This document shows, in pieces, positions 57,983 to 64,000 of a stretch of DNA of 64,000 bases. The first letter of the stretch is position 1; the number at the start of each line of letters is the position of its first letter. Origin of the DNA: Methylotenera sp. (lineage in GTDB: Bacteria > Pseudomonadota > Gammaproteobacteria > Burkholderiales > Methylophilaceae); contig JABFQV010000014.1 in NCBI GenBank assembly GCA_013141495.1, positions 38,724-102,723 on the forward strand. Direction: 5' to 3'. The translations under genes were made by a program, and so were the position numbers. The notes under the pieces were generated by a model, which ran no database searches, had not been told where the DNA came from, and saw only the letters and a list, made by a program, of their open reading frames with translations.

Positions 57983-58009
57983 AAAAAAGCAGCCTAAGCT
58001 GCTTTTTTT
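57983..58009. terminator. bidirectional rho-independent terminator
   Basis: AAAAAAGCAGC-ctaa-GCTGCTTTTTTT between convergent VIT1 and ppa. Confidence 0.8.
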
Positions 58010-58034
58010 AACCACTAGAACCGATTTAAAAAAA

Positions 58035-58583
58035 CTAGAACGCTGGCTTCACTTTTGCCGCATTGTAATTGGCTACGCCTTCCAAGATTTCTTTTTTCGC
58101 TTGGTCAATATCACCCCAACCGCTAATTTTGACCCATTTACCTTTATCTAAATCTTTGTAATGCTCAAAAAAGTGCGCAATCATATTCAAGCGCCATTCT
58201 GATACATCGGTATGCACTTTAAGATGTCCATACAAACCACAAACTTTATCTACAGGTACCGCCAGTACTTTTGCATCCAAGCCAGCTTCATCTTCCATGA
58301 GTAATACGCCTAAAGGGCGGCAACGGACAACCACGCCAGGAATCAATGGCACTGGCGTCATGACCAACACATCCACTGGGTCTCCATCATCAGCAAGCGT
58401 ATGTGGCACATAACCATAGTTGGTTGGATATTGCATCGCAGTACCCATGAAGCGATCCACAAAAATTGCACCGCTATCTTTATCTACTTCATATTTTACG
58501 GGATCGCCCTGCATCGGAATTTCAATAATAACATTGAAATCGTTAGGGACATCTTTACCGGTAGGCACTTGGTTTAATGACAT
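58035..58583 (-). CDS. ppa: soluble inorganic pyrophosphatase (family I)
   Basis: 182 aa with VIIEIP....KYE.DK.SG...[22 protein letters not shown]. Confidence 0.95.
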   Translation of the reverse strand: MSLNQVPTGKDVPNDFNVIIEIPMQGDPVKYEVDKDSGAIFVDRFMGTAMQYPTNYGYVPHTLADDGDPVDVLVMTPVPLIPGVVVRCRPLGVLLMEDEAGLDAKVLAVPVDKVCGLYGHLKVHTDVSEWRLNMIAHFFEHYKDLDKGKWVKISGWGDIDQAKKEILEGVANYNAAKVKPAF

Positions 58584-58659
58584 GGTTTATTCCTAAATAT
58601 AAATTTTACTAATTAAATAACATTAAATTTTGAGGCGCAATTATAGCAAAGAGTTGTCA

Positions 58660-58950
58660 CTAATTTGCAGAATACACTTGCCGGACCTGCTCTCGGCAAC
58701 TTTGAATCACAGCTTTGGGGATAAACAACAATGCTAGATACAACAATACTGGAATAATAATGACATCATCCAGTTGTCCTAATACGGGAATAAAATCAGG
58801 GATTAAGTCAAAAGGTAGTAACAAATAACCTACAGCCAACCCTAAAAAAAATTTAGCCATCCAAGGTGTTTGTGGATGTTTTAACACTAAGCGATACACC
58901 TCAAACTCTTGTTTGAGCTGCTTGGTCAGCGCTTTGAATGTTTTAAACAA
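58660..58950 (-). CDS. DUF1232 (YkvA-like) membrane protein
   Basis: 96 aa with LLPFDLIPDFIPVLGQLDD. TTG start. Confidence 0.7.
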   Translation of the reverse strand: MFKTFKALTKQLKQEFEVYRLVLKHPQTPWMAKFFLGLAVGYLLLPFDLIPDFIPVLGQLDDVIIIPVLLYLALLFIPKAVIQSCREQVRQVYSAN

Positions 58951-58973
58951 AATTTGACCCCTGCCACAGAAAA

Positions 58974-59876
58974 TTAATCAATGCGTAGCGGCTGCCCAGT
59001 TAATCGCTCAAAGGCTTCCATATATTTTTCACTGGTTTTGGCGGCAACGTCTGCTGGCAAAACTGGTGCCGGCGGCGTTTTATTCCAGCCGCTCGCTTCT
59101 AGCCAATCTCGCACATATTGTTTATCGTAACTTGGTGGATTTTTGCCGACTTCATAGCTTGATGCAGGCCAGAAACGTGATGAATCAGGGGTGAGCACTT
59201 CATCCATCACATGCAACACGCCATTTTCATCCAAACCAAACTCAAACTTGGTATCTGCAATAATAATGCCGCGCGTCAGTGCGTATTCAGCGGCCTGCGT
59301 ATATAACGCAATGGCGGCCGTTGCCACTTGCCCGGCCATCTCGGCGCCTATCAGCGCCTCACACTGCGCCAAACTGATGTTTTCATCATGTTCACCGACG
59401 GCAGCTTTACTAGATGGCGTAAAAAGTGGCGCCGGTAATTTTGACGCTTCTTGTAAACCAGCTGGCAATTCAATGCCGCACACAGTGCCTTTGGCTTTAT
59501 ATTCTTTCCAGCCACTACCCACTAAATAGCCGCGCACAATAGCTTCTATCGGCAGTGCTTTTAGCTTTTTAACTACCACCGAGCGATTCGCCAACTGCGC
59601 TTTCTCTGCAATATCAGTCACCACACTGCCAGGCTCAATGCCAGTCAAATGATTAGGTACAACATTTTTGAGTTTTTCAAACCAGAAATTTGCCATCTGC
59701 GTCAGCATGGCGCCTTTGTTGGCAATACCGGTAGGCAAAATCACATCGAATGCAGATAACCTGTCGGTACTCACCAACAGCATCGTATCGGCATCAATAT
59801 CATAAATATCGCGTACTTTGCCTTGATGAATACGCTTTAAGCTTTTGATGCTGGTTTCTAACAGGGGACTATTCAT
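58974..59876 (-). CDS. purC: phosphoribosylaminoimidazole-succinocarboxamide synthase
   Basis: 300 aa long-form PurC with GKVRDIYD, STDRLSAFD and IIADTKFEFG. Confidence 0.93.
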   Translation of the reverse strand: MNSPLLETSIKSLKRIHQGKVRDIYDIDADTMLLVSTDRLSAFDVILPTGIANKGAMLTQMANFWFEKLKNVVPNHLTGIEPGSVVTDIAEKAQLANRSVVVKKLKALPIEAIVRGYLVGSGWKEYKAKGTVCGIELPAGLQEASKLPAPLFTPSSKAAVGEHDENISLAQCEALIGAEMAGQVATAAIALYTQAAEYALTRGIIIADTKFEFGLDENGVLHVMDEVLTPDSSRFWPASSYEVGKNPPSYDKQYVRDWLEASGWNKTPPAPVLPADVAAKTSEKYMEAFERLTGQPLRID

Positions 59877-59961
59877 GGATTTTCACTATTATATTGGTCG
59901 CTAAGCTTAATTTTATAAGCCAAAAACCCTATTATAAACGCACTTTAATTTTGAATAATTC

Positions 59962-61398
59962 TTAAGTTTGTCTATCTTCACCAATTTTAATGATTTTTAA
60001 TGTATTTGTCCCGCCCGGATGCCCAATCGGCTCACCAAAAGTCAACAGCACTAAATCACCGGCACTCACCACTTTTTGTCTAAGTAACACTTGTTCCATC
60101 TCTCGCAGAATCTCGTCTCTATTTTTATTGGCTTGCTCAATCGGATACGGATAAACACCGCGATGCAAAGTCAGTTTTCTGCGTGCAAATTTATCAGGCG
60201 ACAACGCATAAATCGGCACCTCGGCATCGGCACGTGACAACCATTGTGCAGCGTTGCCAGATTGAGTAAGCGCCGCAATTGCTTTAACTTTTAAGTGTTG
60301 CGCCGTGTAAATGGCGGCAGCAGCCACCGCCTCATCGGTTTTAACAAATACTTGATCCAGCTTTTGCGCGTGATGTTGGCTAAAATACTCTTTTTCGGCC
60401 TCTATCACCACGCGATGTACTGCTTCTACCGTTTCTAGTGGATATTGGCCAGCTGCAGTTTCGGCTGATAACATCACGGCATCCGTACCATCCAACACTG
60501 CATTCGCCACATCTGAGACTTCTGCACGGGTTGGAATTGGGCTGGTAATCATAGACTCCATCATTTGCGTAGCAGTAATCACTAGTTTATTTTGTGCTCT
60601 TGCCATACGAATCATGCGCTTTTGCAAGCCGGGCACTGCCGCATCGCCCACTTCAACCCCTAAATCTCCACGTGCCACCATAATAGCATCGGAGGCCTCA
60701 ATAATCGCCTCTAGGTTATCTATCGCCTCGGCCCGCTCAATTTTGGCAATAATGCTGGCTGTACCGCCTGCTTTTTTTACCAGCGTGCGCGCCAACTCAA
60801 CATCTAAAGCCGATTTAGGAAAAGAAATCGCAATGTAGTCGGCTTCAAGCGCAACCGCTGTTTTGATATCGATACGGTCTTTTTTAGTCAACGCATCCGC
60901 AGATAAGCCTCCACCCTGACGGTTGATGCCTTTATTGTTTGATAGAACACCGCCACTGAGCACCACGCAATGAATTTGATTGCCTTTCACCCGGTCAACC
61001 TGCATCGTAATACGGCCGTCATCCAATAACAAAACTGCGCCCTCGATCACTTCTTGTGGCAATGTTTTATAATCCAACCCAACGTGATATTGGTTACCCA
61101 ACTCACAATCGGCATCCAAGATGAAAATATCGCCGGTTTTTAGGGTGATTTTTCCCAACTCAAATTTACCAATGCGAATTTTAGGCCCTTGTAAATCACA
61201 CAAAACCCCAACTGGGCGACCAAGTTTAGCGGCAATACTACGTACAATCTCAGCGCGTTTGATATGATCTTCTGCCGCACCATGCGAGAAATTCAAACGC
61301 ACAACGTTCACGCCTGCTGTAATCATGCGCGCCAGCATTTCCTCACTAGTTGAAGATGGGCCTAGTGTTGCTACAATTTTTGTTTTACGTATCGTCAA
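59962..61398 (-). CDS. pyk: pyruvate kinase
   Basis: 478 aa with KIVATLGPSS, NFSHG, MVARGDLGVE and TQMMESM. TTG start. Confidence 0.93.
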   Translation of the reverse strand: MTIRKTKIVATLGPSSTSEEMLARMITAGVNVVRLNFSHGAAEDHIKRAEIVRSIAAKLGRPVGVLCDLQGPKIRIGKFELGKITLKTGDIFILDADCELGNQYHVGLDYKTLPQEVIEGAVLLLDDGRITMQVDRVKGNQIHCVVLSGGVLSNNKGINRQGGGLSADALTKKDRIDIKTAVALEADYIAISFPKSALDVELARTLVKKAGGTASIIAKIERAEAIDNLEAIIEASDAIMVARGDLGVEVGDAAVPGLQKRMIRMARAQNKLVITATQMMESMITSPIPTRAEVSDVANAVLDGTDAVMLSAETAAGQYPLETVEAVHRVVIEAEKEYFSQHHAQKLDQVFVKTDEAVAAAAIYTAQHLKVKAIAALTQSGNAAQWLSRADAEVPIYALSPDKFARRKLTLHRGVYPYPIEQANKNRDEILREMEQVLLRQKVVSAGDLVLLTFGEPIGHPGGTNTLKIIKIGEDRQT

Positions 61399-61441
61399 AC
61401 TCTAACCTTTGTTTTCTATAATATTTTATGCTGGCCAAAAT

Positions 61442-61468
61442 AAAAATGGGGCTGTCAGCCCCATTTTT
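61442..61468 (-). terminator. rho-independent terminator after pgk (palindromic, could act both ways)
   Basis: AAAAATGGGGCT-gtc-AGCCCCATTTTT. Confidence 0.75.
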
Positions 61469-61503
61469 AAAGTCCTAGTTAAAGGAACTCAAAACAAAGA
61501 CTG

Positions 61504-62685
61504 TTAATTTTTAGCACGTAACTCCAAAATTTCAACTGCTGGCAATTTCTTGCCTTCTAAAAACTCTAAAAATGCACCGCCAGCGGTTGAAATGTAATCG
61601 ACTTTATCTTCTATGCCATATTTCTGAATTGCGGCAATGGTGTCGCCACCACCTGCTAAAGTAAATGCTTTTGTATTAGCTATCGCATACGCAATGGTTT
61701 TGGTACCTTCACCAAACTGATCAAACTCAAATACGCCCACTGGGCCATTCCAAACCACGGTCCCAGCATTTTTAATGATCTCTGCTAATTCATTAGCAGA
61801 TTTCGTGCCAATATCAAAAATCATATCATCAGCCACCACGGCAGCCACGTCTTTATTGACTGCCGGCTCATTAGCATCAAACTTCTTGCCACAGACTACA
61901 TCAACGGCAATTGGCACCGCTGCGCCTCTTTGGCTCATTTTTTCCATCAAAGCACGGGCAACTGGCACTAAATCATCTTCACACAGTGACTTACCTACTT
62001 CAAAACCTGCGGCTTTTAAGAAAGTATTAGCAATGCCACCACCCACCACCATTTGATCAACTTTATCTGACAAACTTTCTAATACAGTGAGCTTGGTTGA
62101 AACTTTACTGCCGCCCACAATCGCCACCATTGGGCGCGCAGGGCTGAGCAATGCTTTAGTCAGCGCCTCTAGCTCGTTTACCAATAAAATACCTGCAGCA
62201 GCCACCGGTGCAAATTTAGCGACGCCATGTGTACTGGCTTCGGCACGGTGTGCTGTACCAAACGCATCCATCACAAATATATCGCATAAATTAGCATATT
62301 TTTGTGACAATTCATCCGTACTTTTTTTCTCACCTTTATTAAACCGGCAGTTTTCTAACACCACTAGCTCGCCCGCCGCCACATCGAAGCCACCGTCAAC
62401 CCAATCTTTAATTAAACGTACAGGTTTAGATAACTTCTCTGAAATCACATCAACCACTGGTTGCAGTGAGTTTTCTTGTGAGTAAACACCTTCTTCAGGG
62501 CGACCTAAATGTGATGTCACCATGACACTTGCACCGGCAGCAAGTGCGTACTCAATGGTAGCCATTGATGCCGTAATGCGCGCATCTGATGTCACTTTAC
62601 CATCGGCTACAGGAACATTAAGATCCGCACGGATCAATACGCGTTTGCTATTTAAATCCAAGTCGGTCATTTTGATGACATTCAT
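61504..62685 (-). CDS. pgk: phosphoglycerate kinase
   Basis: 393 aa with RADLNVP, SHLGRP and GGGDT.... Confidence 0.96.
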   Translation of the reverse strand: MNVIKMTDLDLNSKRVLIRADLNVPVADGKVTSDARITASMATIEYALAAGASVMVTSHLGRPEEGVYSQENSLQPVVDVISEKLSKPVRLIKDWVDGGFDVAAGELVVLENCRFNKGEKKSTDELSQKYANLCDIFVMDAFGTAHRAEASTHGVAKFAPVAAAGILLVNELEALTKALLSPARPMVAIVGGSKVSTKLTVLESLSDKVDQMVVGGGIANTFLKAAGFEVGKSLCEDDLVPVARALMEKMSQRGAAVPIAVDVVCGKKFDANEPAVNKDVAAVVADDMIFDIGTKSANELAEIIKNAGTVVWNGPVGVFEFDQFGEGTKTIAYAIANTKAFTLAGGGDTIAAIQKYGIEDKVDYISTAGGAFLEFLEGKKLPAVEILELRAKN

Positions 62686-62695
62686 GGTAAACCCC

Positions 62696-63715
62696 CTATT
62701 TAGCTTCCATCATAGCAACAACGTTATCTAACATGCGGCAGCTAAAGCCCCACTCATTGTCGTACCATGCGCAAACTTTTACCAACAAGCCGTCTTTAGT
62801 CACCTTAGTTAGCGTTGCATCAAAGTTTGATGAGAAACTAGTGTGGTTATAATCTATTGAAACCAATGGTGCTTCGTTGTAAGACAAAATACCTTTAAGT
62901 GCCCCACTGTTTGCCGCTTCATGCATGATATGGTTAACTTCTTCTTTACTGGTTGCGCGCGCAGCCGTAAAAGTCAAATCAACGAGAGAAACATTGATAG
63001 TAGGTACGCGGATTGCAAAGCCATCGAGCTTGCCGTTGAGGTCTGGTAACACCAAACCTACAGCAGCGGCAGCACCTGTTTTAGTTGGAATCAATGATTG
63101 TGTTGCAGAACGCGCGCGGCGCATATCAGAGTGATGCGAATCTGTGAGCACTTGGTCATTAGTGTATGAGTGAATCGTATTCATTAAGCCATTCACAATG
63201 CCAATTTTTTCATGCAACGGCTTTACCATCGGCGCCAAGCCGTTAGTGGTACAGGACGCGTTAGAAATAACTGTGTGACTCGCTTTGATCACCTCATTAT
63301 TGACGCCATACACTACCGTCGCATCAATATCTTTATCGCCCGGTGCTGACAACAACACTTTTTTGGCGCCCGCATCAATATGGGCTTGCGCCTTTGCTTT
63401 ACTATTAAACGCACCGGTACACTCCAGCACCACATCAATCGCCAAATCGCGCCATGGTAACTCCGCTGGATTGCGTACAGCGAACGTTTTAATCTTTTGG
63501 CTACCAATGATCATGTCATCGCCATCTACACCTACATCGAACGGAAACCTGCCGTGCACACTATCGTAACGCGTTAAATGCGCATTGCTTTCAGCATCGC
63601 CACCCATACTATTAATTGCAATAATTTCAATGTCTTTGCGTTTTTGTTCATACAATGCGCGCAACACCATGCGCCCAATGCGACCATAACCATTAATTGC
63701 CACTCGAATTGCCAT
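62696..63715 (-). CDS. gap: type I glyceraldehyde-3-phosphate dehydrogenase
   Basis: 339 aa with INGYGRIGR, the catalytic SNASCTTN and WYDNEWG. Confidence 0.95.
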   Translation of the reverse strand: MAIRVAINGYGRIGRMVLRALYEQKRKDIEIIAINSMGGDAESNAHLTRYDSVHGRFPFDVGVDGDDMIIGSQKIKTFAVRNPAELPWRDLAIDVVLECTGAFNSKAKAQAHIDAGAKKVLLSAPGDKDIDATVVYGVNNEVIKASHTVISNASCTTNGLAPMVKPLHEKIGIVNGLMNTIHSYTNDQVLTDSHHSDMRRARSATQSLIPTKTGAAAAVGLVLPDLNGKLDGFAIRVPTINVSLVDLTFTAARATSKEEVNHIMHEAANSGALKGILSYNEAPLVSIDYNHTSFSSNFDATLTKVTKDGLLVKVCAWYDNEWGFSCRMLDNVVAMMEAK

Positions 63716-63771
63716 GATAATTCCTAAATTTTCAATTAAATCGAAACCAGTTAAATTAACACCAGCTTCTT

Positions 63772-63808
63772 AAAAAAATAAGGCACCTCAATACTGAGGT
63801 GCCTTATT
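63772..63808 (-). terminator. rho-independent terminator after tkt
   Basis: The minus strand reads AATAAGGCACCTCA-gtat-TGAGGTGCCTTATTTTTTT. Confidence 0.75.
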
Positions 63809-63859
63809 AAACTAGCCAACTCAAGCTTGTTAAGCTTGTTACGTGCTGTACAAGTAGAA

Positions 63860-64000
63860 TTAAAGCACCGATTTTACTGTTGCAACAACATTTTCAACGG
63901 TAAAGCCAAAATGTTTCATCAACACGCCACCAGGAGCAGATTCACCAAATGTATCAATACCTACAACTGCGCCTTCTAAACCTACATATTTGCGCCAGAA
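63860..64000 (-). CDS. tkt: transketolase, C-terminal 46 codons (gene continues beyond the right edge)
   Basis: The minus strand translates as [46 protein letters not shown], the conserved transketolase C-terminus (FGESAP...FGFT.ENV). Not in the ORF track because it is truncated. Confidence 0.85.
   Translation of the reverse strand, partial: FWRKYVGLEGAVVGIDTFGESAPGGVLMKHFGFTVENVVATVKSVL

Overview
This is a 64-kb chromosomal segment of moderate GC content: about 44-49% in two 100-nt samples I hand-counted inside groEL and polA. Gene order looks betaproteobacterial (tsaB-rimI, DUF721<->M23-secA, tkt-gap-pgk-pyk), but that assignment is an inference. Most of the roughly 60 protein genes are conserved housekeeping genes: queA, proS, arfB, groES/groEL, uvrD, thrB, polA, secA, hppA, ppa, purC, glycolysis genes, bioA, dacB, coq7 and rlhA. 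There is also one tRNA-Leu(CAA). No rRNA, CRISPR array, integrase or prophage is visible. The accessory content sits in two low-GC insertions, each about 31% GC by hand count. The first (34890-36669) lies right after groEL. It is a translationally coupled two-gene cassette encoding an ABC/AAA_21-type ATPase and a small DUF4276-like protein with TOPRIM-like acidic motifs. This is the split ATPase + TOPRIM layout of OLD, Gabija and PARIS immunity systems, and it is my best candidate for an uncharacterised defence module. It abuts a REP/RAYT locus (36788-37529); a second REPIN copy and a RAYT relic lie near 39.9-40.2 kb. The second insertion (48861-49946) is a CoiA-like zinc-finger/PD-(D/E)xK nuclease ORF 13 nt after polA. 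Other points worth a look are an orphan minus-strand terminator suggesting an sRNA upstream of uvrD, an overlapping sigma-32 promoter and CIRCE operator at groESL, a Pat-deacetylase operon, a four-gene LemA-TPM operon, a HolD-like ORF coupled to tsaB-rimI, and duplicated promoter-like elements upstream of coq7. All family assignments come from motif recognition by eye; no searches were run.
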